Shown here piece after piece: positions 11,346 to 22,143 of a DNA stretch of 64,000 nt. How positions within the stretch are numbered: the first letter of the stretch is position 1; each line of letters opens with the position of its first letter. The stretch spans positions 186,001 through 250,000 of the forward strand of contig NIVC01001894.1 in NCBI GenBank assembly GCA_002269645.1, in the 5' to 3' direction. The notes under the pieces were generated by a model. The model had not been told where the DNA came from and ran no database searches. It was given only the letters and a program-made list of their open reading frames with translations. Both the position numbers and the translations under genes were made by a program. This DNA is from Macrostomum lignano. Taxonomy: Eukaryota.

Positions 11346-11988
11346 TCCTGAGACAGGGGACTGAGTCTCACTCCTGAAACACGGGAGTGAGTCTCAATCC
11401 TGAGACAGGGGACTGAGTCTCAATCCTGAGACAGGGGACTGAGTCTCAATCCTGAGACACGGGAGTGAGTCTCAATCCTGAGACAGGGGAGTGAGTCTCA
11501 ATCCTGAGACAGGGGAGTGAGTCTCAATCCTGAGACAGGGGACTGAGTCTCACTCCTGAGACAGGGGAGTCGGGGACTGAGTCTCAATCCTGAGACAGGG
11601 GACTGAGTCTCAATCCTGAGACAGGGGACTGAGTCTCACTCCTGAGACAGGGGAGTCGGGGACTGAGTCTCAATCCTGAGACAGGGGAGTCGGGGACTGA
11701 GTCTCAATCCTGAGACAGGGGACTGAGTCTCAATCCTGAGACAGGGGACTGAGTCTCACTCCTGAGACAGGGGAGTCGGGGACTGAGTCTCAATCCTGAG
11801 ACAGGGGAGTCGGGGACTGAGTCTCAATCCTGAGACAGGGGACTGAGTCTCACTCCTGAGACAGGGGAGTCGGGGACTGAGTCTCAATCCTGAGACAGGG
11901 GACTGAGTCTCAATCCTGAGACAGGGGAGTGACAGCCTCAATCCTGAGACAGGGAGTGACAACTAAACCCGGGACAGGGGAGTGACAG
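11346..11988. repeat. 26/34-bp minisatellite (CCTGAGACAGGGGACTGAGTCTCAAT) with an internal TGAGAC/GTCTCA inverted repeat
   Basis: Direct reading; bounded by the direct 10-mer GGAGTGACAG at 11330-11339 and 11979-11988. Confidence 0.95.
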
Positions 11989-12294
11989 CTAAACCGAACA
12001 AAAAAAACAAGAAAACAAATCAGGACTCAGTAACGCAGCATCGGTAATAACAGATGAAATGCACAATTGACTGTATATTTATAACTTACACAATAGAATT
12101 GAATTTCGCAAGAATGTACTTTAACGAACCAACTGAGCAAATGCCACAATTATACGAGCAACAGACAGACTTGAAAATCGCATATTTGTACCAAGTTGAG
12201 TGCAATTTTTAAAAAGATATGTAAATGAATTGATCAAACATCTGCACTCTTCAACATCACTTAACAAAATAGCAATAATCGTAAGTTCTTCAGA

Positions 12295-12778
12295 GTTCAG
12301 TCTCACCAATAATATTGCGTCACTGATTTCAGTCTCACCAATAATATTGCGTCACTGATTTCAGTCTCACCAATAATATTGCGTCACTGATTTCAGTCTC
12401 ACCAATAATATTGCGTCACTGATTTCAGTCTCACCAATAATATTGCGTCACTGATTTCAGTCTCACCAATAATATTGCGTCAATGATTTCAGTCTCACCA
12501 ATAATATTGCGTCACTGATTTCAGTCTCACCAATAATATTGCTTCACTGATTTCAGTCTCACCAATAATATTGCGTCACTGATTTCAGTCTCACCAATAA
12601 TATTGCTTCACTGATTTCAGTCTCACCAATAATATTGCTTCACTGATTTCAGTCTCACCAATAATATTGCGTCACTGATTTCAGTCTCACCAATAATATT
12701 GCGTCACCAATTGCCTCACCAATAATATTGCTTCACTGATTTCAGTCTCACCAATAATATTGCGTCACTGATTTCAGG
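12295..12778. repeat. 32-bp minisatellite (CAGTCTCACCAATAATATTGCGTCACTGATTT)
   Basis: Direct reading, ~15 units, just downstream of the NSUN4-like stop. Confidence 0.95.
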
Positions 12779-12825
12779 GTCACCCGACAAGCCGACAACA
12801 CAAGCCACAGTCTCAATCGTCATCT

Positions 12826-15800
12826 TCAATCCACCCGTTTCAATTTGCACACAAAGCTCGGTCCATAATTAGCCAGCAGGTGCGGCAGCACCAGCAGCCC
12901 CACTTGGCGGCTCTCCACCCGGCAGCCGGCGCCAACCAGCAGGCTGGCCAGCGGCCGCAGGTCCACCAGCTTGAATGCCGGCTGCAGTTTAGCCAGAGCA
13001 GACAGCACAACAGCCTCATTCTGTGCTGGCGACATTGTGCAGGTTGAGTAGACCAAGCTGGCTCCCGGACGGCAGGCCGCGGCGCCGGCTAGAAGCAGCT
13101 GGAGCTGACTGCAGGTGAATTTGTACATAAATAGATATTGACAACAATATCCCAATAACTCTACTCAAAGTAGTGCAAAACGCAAAATAATAATATTACG
13201 TATTGGGCAGGCCGACTCTTTCTTTGCTGCGACGCCCGCTAAACAGGTCGGCCTCGGGATCGTTCAACGAGTGCCGATCTCCCGAGCAGGTGGGATCAAC
13301 TAGAACGCGATCGAATGAGTTCAGGGGATAAGCGCCACTGTTTAGCGCGTTGGCGTACAGCTGCGAAACTGAGCATCCGGCTAGCACTGACGGCGGCACG
13401 TGCGAGCTTAGCAGGCGGGCGAGGCGGCTGGATCTGGGGATGGCGGGCGCATTAGCTTGAGTAGTGAGATCGGCGTGTGAGCAGATAGCTACTCAGATCA
13501 GTGTGAGCAGATAGCTACTCAGATCAGTGTGTGAGCAGATAGCTACTCAGATCAGTGTGTGAGCAGATAGCTACTCAGATCAGTGTGTGAGTAGATAGCT
13601 ACTCAGATCAATGTGTGAGCAGATAGCTACTCAGATCAATGTGTGAGTAGATAGCTACTCAGATCAGTGTGTGAGTAGATAGCTACTCAGATCAGTGTGT
13701 GAGCAGATAGCTACTCAGATCAATGTGTGAGCAGATAGCTACTCAGATCAATGTGTGAGTAGATAGCTACTCAGATCAGTGTGTGAGCAGATAGCTACTC
13801 AGATCGGTGTGAGCAGATAGCTACTCAGATCAGTGTGTGAGCAGATAGCTACTCAGATCAATGTGTGAGCAGATAGCTACTCAGATCAATGTGTGAGCAG
13901 ATAGCTACTCAGATCAATGTGTGAGTAGATAGCTACTCAGATCAGTGTGTGAGTAGATAGCTACTCAGATCAGTGTGTGAGTAGATAGCTACTCAGATCG
14001 GTGTGAGCAGATAGCTACTCAGATCGGTGTGAGCAGATAGCTACTCAGATCAATGTGTGAGCAGATAGCTACTCAGATCGGTGTGAGCAGATAGCTACTC
14101 AGATCAGTGTGTGAGCAGATAGCTACTCAGATAAGTGTGTGAGCAGATAGCTACTCAGATCAATGTGTGAGCAGATAGCTACTCAGATCAATGTGTGAGC
14201 AGATAGCTACTCAGATCAGTGTGTGAGTAGATAGCTACTCAGATCAGTGTGTGAGCAGATAGCTACTCAGATCAATGTGTGAGCAGATAGCTACTCAGAT
14301 CAATGTGTGAGTAGATAGCTACTCAGATCAGTGTGTGAGCAGATAGCTACTCAGATCGGTGTGAGCAGATAGCTACTCAGATCAGTGTGTGAGCAGATAG
14401 CTACTCAGATCAGTGTGTGAGCAGATAGCTACTCAGATCAATGTGTGAGCAGATAGCTACTCAGATCAATGTGTGAGTAGATAGCTACTCAGATCAGTGT
14501 GTGAGCAGATAGCTACTCAGATCAGTGTGTGAGCAGATAGCTACTCAGATCAATGTGTGAGCAGATAGCTACTCAGATCAATGTGTGAGCAGATAGCTAC
14601 TCAGATCAATGTGTGAGCAGATAGCTACTCAGATCAATGTGTGAGCAGATAGCTACTCAGATCAATGTGTGAGCAGATAGCTACTCAGATCAGTGTGTGA
14701 GCAGATAGCTACTCAGATCAATGTGTGAGCAGATAGCTACTCAGATCAATGTGTGAGCAGATAGCTACTCAGATCAGTGTGTGAGCAGATAGCTACTCAG
14801 ATCAATGTGTGAGCAGATAGCTACTCAGATCAATGTGTGAGCAGATAGCTACTCAGATCAATGTGTGAGCAGATAGCTACTCAGATCAATGTGTGAGCAG
14901 ATAGCTACTCAGATCAATGTGTGAGTAGATAGCTACTCAGATCAGTGTGTGAGCAGATAGCTACTCAGATCAGTGTGTGAGTAGATAGCTACTCAGATCG
15001 GTGTGAGCAGATAGCTACTCAGATCAATGTGTGAGCAGATAGCTACTCAGATCAATGTGTGAGCAGATAGCTACTCAGATCAATGTGTGAGCAGATAGCT
15101 ACTCAGATCAATGTGTGAGCAGATAGCTACTCAGATCAGTGTGTGAGCAGATAGCTACTCAGATCAATGTGTGAGCAGATAGCTACTCAGATCAATGTGT
15201 GAGCAGATAGCTACTCAGATCAATGTGTGAGCAGATAGCTACTCAGATCAATGTGTGAGCAGATAGCTACTCAGATCAATGTGTGAGCAGATAGCTACTC
15301 AGATCAATGTGTGAGCAGATAGCTACTCAGATCAGTGTGTGAGCAGATAGCTACTCAGATCAGTGTGTGAGCAGATAGCTACTCAGATCAGTGTGTGAGC
15401 AGATAGCTACTCAGATCAGTGTGTGAGCATAGCACACTCAATGAGGTTAAGAAAGCAAAACACACAAGGCAGCGCAGACCTAGCGGAGGACTTGTCCAAG
15501 CATAGCATTTGTCCTGGCAGTGCCTGCTGCAGCAGACAATAGGCCTTTGACCCGGGAGCGGAGCACAGGTCTAGCACCGAGTCGCCATCGCCTGGGCAAA
15601 GGGCCAAGGCGGCGGCCACAGAGCCGAGATCCATTGGCAAATAGGGGCACAGGCCGGTGGTTTGATCTGGCTTTGGCCGGGGGAACCACCTGTGTGTGTG
15701 TAAGGTTCTTTAATCATTTGCCTGCCACTGGAATTCTAGCTTGACTAGCAGAGTTTCGGGTATAGCCAAGGTACTTTTTACTCCTAAATTTATTCATTGT

Positions 15801-18390
15801 ACGTGTTAGAACCAACAGAACGGGTTGCTTCTGTTTTTACAGAATGCTTCTGCAGAATGGGTTGCTTCTACAGAATGGGTTGCTTCTACAGAATGGGTTG
15901 TTTCTACAGAATGGGTTGCTTCTGCTTTTACAGAATGCTTCTACAGAATGGGTTGCTTCTACAGAATGGGTTGCTTCTACAGAATGGGTTGCTTCTACAG
16001 AATGGGTTGCTTCTACAGAATGGGTTGCTTCTACAGAATGGGTTGTTTCTACAGAATGGGTTGCTTCTACAGAATGGGTTGCTTCTACAGAATGGGTTGC
16101 TTCTACAGAATGGGTTGCTTCTACAGAATGGGTTGCTTCTACAGAATGGGTTGCTTCTACAGAATGGGTTGCTTCTACAGAATGGGTTGCTTCTACAGAA
16201 TGGGTTGCTTCTACAGAATGGGCTGCATTTTTCAAGACAATTGCTTAATAATATAATTTATTAGATTATTTAAGAACCATTTAGGAGGTTATTCTAAAGC
16301 TAAAATAAGCCTTATACATTTCAAAATTTTTTTAACTTCACCTGTCACTGCCAGCCGGCTTCATCAGCTGATGCTGCACGCTAGATGGGAAGGCGAACAC
16401 CTGCAAAGTGGGCGAAATGGTCAGGTCACTAGGCAGCCACAGCTCGGGATCAGCGGGATCAATCAGACTACACGAGTCATCGGTTGGGCCGCCGTGAACA
16501 GCGCTATCGGACAGGGCCAGGGAGGCCCGGCCGCGAGGGTCCATCTCGGTGATGAACTCGGTGGCAGGCAGAAATTCGTTCAAGTTCGATCGGGAATCCG
16601 CAGCTGCGGCTGAGGAGGCGGCGAATGTGGCCGCTTCGAGGCGATCGTAGCTGAGCACTTTTAACTCGGCTGAACGCTCGGAGAGCTGATGAGGCTGACC
16701 AGCTGCCGGTGATTCGAACGATTCCTCGGCGCTCTCCGGCCAAGCCTGCAAACGGCGCCTCCAATCGGGCGCCAAATCTTCGGCGCCTAAGGTTAGAAGC
16801 CGCGTCTCTGCGGCAGCCTGCAATTGAAATTGGCTATCAATTGTTTTAGGGCTACTTTTAGTAGCAACATGAGAAAATCGAATCAGCAATCAGATCAAAC
16901 TGAATCAGCAATCAGATCAAACTGAATCAGCAATCAGATCAAATTGAATCAGCAATCAGATCAAACTGAATCAGCAATCAGATCAAACTGAATCAGCAAT
17001 CAGATCAAACTGAATCAGCAATCAGATCAAATTGAATCAGCAATCAGATCAAACTGAATCAGCAATCAGATCAAACTGAATCAGCAATCAGATCAAACTG
17101 AATCAGCAATCAGATCAAATTGAATCAGCAATCAGATCAAACTGAATCAGCAATCAGATCAAACTGAATCAGCAATCAGATCAAACTGAATCAGCAATCA
17201 GATCAAACTGAATCAGCAATCAGATCAAACTGAATCAGCAATCAGATCAAACTGAATCAGCAATCAGATCAAACTGAATCAGCAATCAGATCAAACTGAA
17301 TCAGCAATCAGATCAAATTGAATCAGCAATCAGATCAAACTGAATCAGCAATCAGATCAAACTGAATCAGCAATCAGATCAAACTGAATCAGCAATCAGA
17401 TCAAACTGAATCAGCAATCAGATCAAACTGAATCAGCAATCAGATCAAATTGAATCAGCAATCAGATCAAACTGAATCAGCAATCAGATCAAACTGAATC
17501 AGCAATCAGATCAAACTGAATCAGCAATCAGATCAAATTGAATCAGCAATCAGATCAAACTGAATCAGCAATCAGATCAAACTGAATCAGCAAATGAACA
17601 GATTAATTATCTGATTGACACAGAATGCATTCCCTGATTCACATAGAATCGAGTACCTGATTCACACGGAATGCATTCCCTGATTCACATAGAATCGAGT
17701 ACCTGATTCACACGGAATGCAATGCCTGATTCACATAGAACCGAGTACATGATAACCCGATTCACATATAATCATATAATGCATTACCTGATTCACACAG
17801 AATGCATTACCTGATTCACACAGAATGCATTGCCTGATTCACATAGAATCGAGTACCTGATTCACACAGAATGCAATGCCTGATTCACACAGAACCGAGT
17901 ACATGATAACCTGATTCACATAGAATCGAGTACCTGATAACCTGATTCACACAGAATGCATTACCTGATTCACACAGAATGCATTACCTGATTCACACAG
18001 AATGCATTACCTGATTCACACAGAATGCATTACCTGATTCACATAGAACCGGTTCAGCACAGCGACATGCCTAGGCTGGGACAGCAGAGCCAGACGGATT
18101 GATGGCCAGAGCTCAGGCCCAAACTCCGGCCCATAGATCTGGTCAAAGTGGGCCAGAGCTCTACGACCCCACTGGGTCAGGAGGGCGCCAGTGGCTGTGG
18201 GTGGCTGGTCAAACATACGCTGGACAGCCCAACGTGGTTGCAACTCAGCATCCTGATGCTGCTGCTGTTTCTGCTTTCGAGTGCTGGCAGAAGACATTGC
18301 AACAGTGGAGTGCACTGAGCGCCTGGCTGCCATTATGCACAAGTAGCTGCGATGGTGATAATGGCTTGCTAGGGCTGCAGTGCTTGGCAT
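12826..18390 (-). CDS. NSUN4: NSUN4-like (RsmB/NOL1/NOP2/Sun family) m5C RNA methyltransferase, 5 exons, ~519 aa
   Basis: Exons 18390-18034, 16817-16342, 15689-15480, 13433-13200 and 13108-12826 have GT-AG boundaries and consistent phases (total 1560 nt). Motifs: ALAHFDQIYGPEFGPELWPSIRLALLS (NSUN4-type N-terminus), PMDLGSV, VLDLCSAPGSK (I), FDRVLVDPTCSGDRHS (IV), LVYSTCTMSPAQNEAVV (VI), PHLLANYGPSFVCKL. NSUN3 is not fully excluded. Confidence 0.88.
13476..15428. repeat. 28-bp minisatellite (GTGTGAGCAGATAGCTACTCAGATCAAT), ~70 units, filling NSUN4-like intron 3
   Basis: Direct reading. Confidence 0.97.
15812..16222. repeat. 18-bp minisatellite (ACAGAATGGGTTGCTTCT) in NSUN4-like intron 2
   Basis: Direct reading. 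Confidence 0.95.
16878..17592. repeat. 22-bp minisatellite (GAATCAGCAATCAGATCAAACT) in NSUN4-like intron 1
   Basis: Direct reading. Confidence 0.97.
17615..18045. repeat. ~23-bp minisatellite (CACACAGAATGCATTACCTGATT) that contains the exon-1 splice donor
   Basis: The minus-strand unit AATCAG|GTAATGCATTCTGTGTG overlaps the exon 1/intron 1 junction. Confidence 0.9.
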
Positions 18391-20431
18391 TTTCCTGATG
18401 ATAATAGTGATTTAATAACAGAAATAATGTAAAGTATATTATCTTTCTTAGAAATTCAGAAAAAATAATTCAAGAACATTATCTCAAATTACTAACACTT
18501 ATTTGTTTGAAGTCAATTCTAGAATATTGAATAATAAACATTTTATGCTAAGTAAATAATTAAGAATTGGATTGAGTTCAATAAGGTAAATAGAAAGAAG
18601 AAATCATGAATAGGTAAACAAAATATTGGTTAAGAATATAATATAAAAGTTGCAACACTTAGTAAAAATGGTCTTAGCCTAATAATACAGAGAGCTTTTG
18701 ACTTATTTACTTAGACTTAGCAATAGGGCAATCCCAGAATGGGAAAGTATGAAAACCTATTATACTAATCCTTTTATATAGATAGTTCAATAGACCTAGA
18801 TTTTTAAAAAAGCCTATCTAATTAGATGCTATTATAATTATTTATATATGTTATATATTACAATTCTACAATTCTATAGTTGTTCTAGATATAGTTATAG
18901 ATTAGATACCTGTTATAGTTATATAACAATATATAGTTATATTTAGTTATATATCTATTATATCTAGCTATATATCTAGAAACCTTTTAAAAAATCATTT
19001 CTCTTTTTATTTTCAAATTTTAAATGCACTTTCTTTCTTTTGATTTGTTAATTGCTACTTATTTATATAAATTATTATTTCTTTTCTTATGTTTTTAATG
19101 CTTTCTTTTCATTTTATTCATTTAATTTTTATGCTTTATGCTATGTATCCCAATACACTTTTTGGTACTTAGTTGATTGATTTGCAATATATCCACAAAG
19201 GCTGCCTTGTTACCTAATTTGACTGGCTTTTTTAGTTAGGTATTGCACATGTACGACTATGATTATAATTAAGTATATATTAGACTTAATCCTAAAACTA
19301 TATTTAATTGGACTAATATTAATAAAACAACTTCTTTATATAAAAACATTTAATATTATTTTTAAAATATAGTATACTTGATCTTTTTAACACCTTAGAA
19401 CAAAGCCTTTTGGATTTCTAATATTAGGCCTAATATTAGATTTTCTAATATAGTTTAGTTGATCCTTTTGACACTATAGACTAAAGACTATTAGATTTCT
19501 AATGCAATTTTTTAAAATTCCATTATACTCAAAATGGTTTGTAAGTATCTATCTATCTATGGGATCAATTAGAGAAAAATTACTATTAAAGTTGGTATAT
19601 ATTAATATTATAGGGCCTACTATTATATAATATAGTATTTTCATTTGTTTTTTATTCTATGGCATTTGATCTACAAACAAATTTATTTCATAATGTCTTG
19701 GTACATATAGAACATGATCCTGACTAGGCTTATCTGAAGAGAAAGAAACATCACTATCTTATTGCAACTGATCAGTTGCAGCTGCAACCTGCAATGGAGT
19801 TTGAGTGACTGGACCATGCATGAGGACTAAGGGGGGATATTAGAAGTTATATATTCATTCTTTTAGAAAATCAAAAATCAGTCGCTTAGTGCGTTTTTTA
19901 TTTGTAAAACACTGATTTAATTCACCAGAATTAAATATCCCAGTGAGTAAATGTGAATGTCCAGGGTAGGCCAGGCCACCACACCAGTACAGTAGTAGGT
20001 AGAGTCAAGGCTGTTAAAAAAATTCAAGTAAACCTATCCACAAAGAAAGAAAACAACAAGTCGTATAACAGGCTTTAAAATAATGATAATAACGAGAATA
20101 TGAATAAATTATAAATAATATTAATAATAACATCACTATCATCATATATAGATTGCTCTTTAATAAATTTTTTAGCAAGTAAATAATTTTCTTATAAAAT
20201 GCCATGTTAAAAAGGGGAATAAAGGTATTAGTTAGCTAAACAAAATTTACTCTCATCATTTTCTAGACCATTTCCATTATTTTTTTAGCTAAATTTACTT
20301 TAGGTAAACTACTAAATTCATAATTTTTCTTTACTGTAATTATATTTTATTGTCCGAGATTCGTACTCTTAGGTTTTTACTAACAGTAACATAAAAAGAA
20401 ATTTACGTACAAATCTTTATAGTTTATAGAT

Positions 20432-20503
20432 TTCCAGAAATTTCTTGAAAGTTTCTATTGATTCATCGAGTGGAAAGTTCTAGAAATTTTACCGTCTATA
20501 TAA
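20432..20503 (+). promoter_or_regulatory. Heat-shock promoter: two HSEs plus TATA box
   Basis: TTCcaGAAatTTCttGAA (20432-20449, four perfect nGAAn units), GAAagTTCtaGAA (20473-20485) and TATATAA (20497-20503), ~120 nt upstream of the sHSP ATG. Confidence 0.88.
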
Positions 20504-20624
20504 GCAAGAGACCAGAACCCCAGAAATTTCAAGTCTGTGGAAGCTACAAAGAAACCCAATTGCAAGCAAAGCACTCTTTCTCAACCGACTACAAGCAAGC
20601 TTCTGATACTCCATTGCCGACAGC

Positions 20625-21479
20625 ATGTCGCTCTGGATTGCACCAAGCACGTTTTCGCGAACGCTGCCATTGGTCTCCATGACCGGCCTAGACGACTGGC
20701 TGCTGCCACAATACGATCCTTTGGTGCAGCTCCTAAGGAATAGAGGCACGAGGCGGCCGCGAATGTGGAACTATTCGATTGACCTGCACGGGTTCTCGCC
20801 CGAAGAAGTTTCTGTCAAGCGGGAGAAGCAAAAGTTGCGCATTGTGGCTCGGCACGAGAGCGGAGAGGACGTCACCGAGGTGAAGCGCACGGTTGAGCTG
20901 CCGGATGAAGTTGATGCCGAGAAACTGAACAGCCGCTTCTCCAGCGACGGCGTTCTGCTCTTGCATGCGCCGTACAAGGAGCAGAAGCCGAAGCAGAGGC
21001 AGGCGCAGAAGCGCCATCAAGAAACGTCGGTGTGGGACGAGCTGCGCGACCTTCTCCGAGGCCAGGATCTGAAATCGGAGGCCAACGGTCAAATCGTGGA
21101 ATCGAAAGACGGCGCCAAGCGATTCAAAGCTGAGCTGTCTGTCCGCGAGTTCAAGCCGGACGAAATTCGCGTCCGCCAGCAGGACGACTGCATCGTGGTC
21201 GAGGCCGAGCACAAGGAGGAGAGCGGCGGCCAGAAGATGCACAGGCGACTGGAGAGGCTCTACCAGCTGCCCGGGGGCGCCAAGCTGGACCAGGTTGTCA
21301 GCAAGCTCAGCCACGACGGTCGTCTCTGCATCGAAGCCCCGATGGAGGCACCGCCGGCTAGGAAGCAGCCGCAGTTGAAGGACGTCCCGATGGAGATTGA
21401 GCGGCCGCAGCAGCCGCAGGTGGCGAATGGCGACTGCGATAACGGCGCTGGGAAAGACAGCGACAAGGAGAAGAAGTGA
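20625..21479 (+). CDS. Small heat-shock protein (HSP20 family) with two tandem alpha-crystallin domains, intronless, 284 aa
   Basis: ACD1: YSIDLHGFSPEEVSVK...KRTVELPDEVDAEKLNSRFSSDGVLLLHAP. ACD2: FKAELSVREFKPDEIRV...RLYQLPGGAKLDQVVSKLSHDGRLCIEAP. The C-terminal extension has KDVPMEI. The HSE promoter lies directly upstream. Confidence 0.93.
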   Translation: MSLWIAPSTFSRTLPLVSMTGLDDWLLPQYDPLVQLLRNRGTRRPRMWNYSIDLHGFSPEEVSVKREKQKLRIVARHESGEDVTEVKRTVELPDEVDAEKLNSRFSSDGVLLLHAPYKEQKPKQRQAQKRHQETSVWDELRDLLRGQDLKSEANGQIVESKDGAKRFKAELSVREFKPDEIRVRQQDDCIVVEAEHKEESGGQKMHRRLERLYQLPGGAKLDQVVSKLSHDGRLCIEAPMEAPPARKQPQLKDVPMEIERPQQPQVANGDCDNGAGKDSDKEKK

Positions 21480-22143
21480 GGAACTGCAATGGAATTTACT
21501 CCTGACTCAAAGCTGAGTTGAACTTAATAATGCGACCTTTAAATCCAGTCTTGCACTTGTTATTTACGATATTGTACAGCAATTCATGTTTATAGTGTAG
21601 GTATAGGAAGTTGTCTGCGTCATTGTTTAATTATCATTTCCTATTCACATGTACAATTAATCTACTACATATATGTATGTAACTGCATATTTCAAAACTT
21701 ACGGTATTACTCACTGTGTCTGTAATTTTAGTGTTGCACCTACCATCTCTGCTGTGTACCCCGCTCACTAAATTCCAGTCTCAAATATACAGCAGCTTAC
21801 AGATTGTTATAGTGTATATAATTTGTGTACAAAAACTTTTGTTTAACCCTGGTTGTTTTTTAATCTACGAGCGTAAAACAGTTAAGATAGCACTGCTGCT
21901 TCTCAGGAAGTGCTATCATTGCAATACCTCGTAGATATTGAGCTCATATCACTTTAAAATCATGATGTTCAATTGCATGGCTAATGCAAAATGAGGCAAA
22001 GACAACTCAGGCAGCACGATGGTGCAAATGCGGTTCGCAGCTGCAGCAGCAGGTCTCGTGTATTTCTGCTAGTTAACCAGCCATACGCCGGTACTCAGCA
22101 TTGCTGCAGTGGAAAATCCCCAGTCCAAGGTCAGTCCAGCAGT

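Larger units (their letters stand above)
1..11350. repeat. Direct tandem segmental duplication, unit ~5280-5286 bp (METTL25-like body + satellites + MANBAL-like)
   Basis: GCCAACACCGGACTCGAATTG recurs at 1, 5281 and 10567. ORF translations repeat identically at these offsets. Identity to the earlier copies stops at ~11350 (after ...GATTCACTCCTG). Confidence 0.95.

Noticed and set aside
13476-15428. Regular arrays (28-38 bp units) resembling CRISPR repeats
   Set aside because: Units are head-to-tail with no unique spacers, there are no cas genes, and the context is eukaryotic and intronic.
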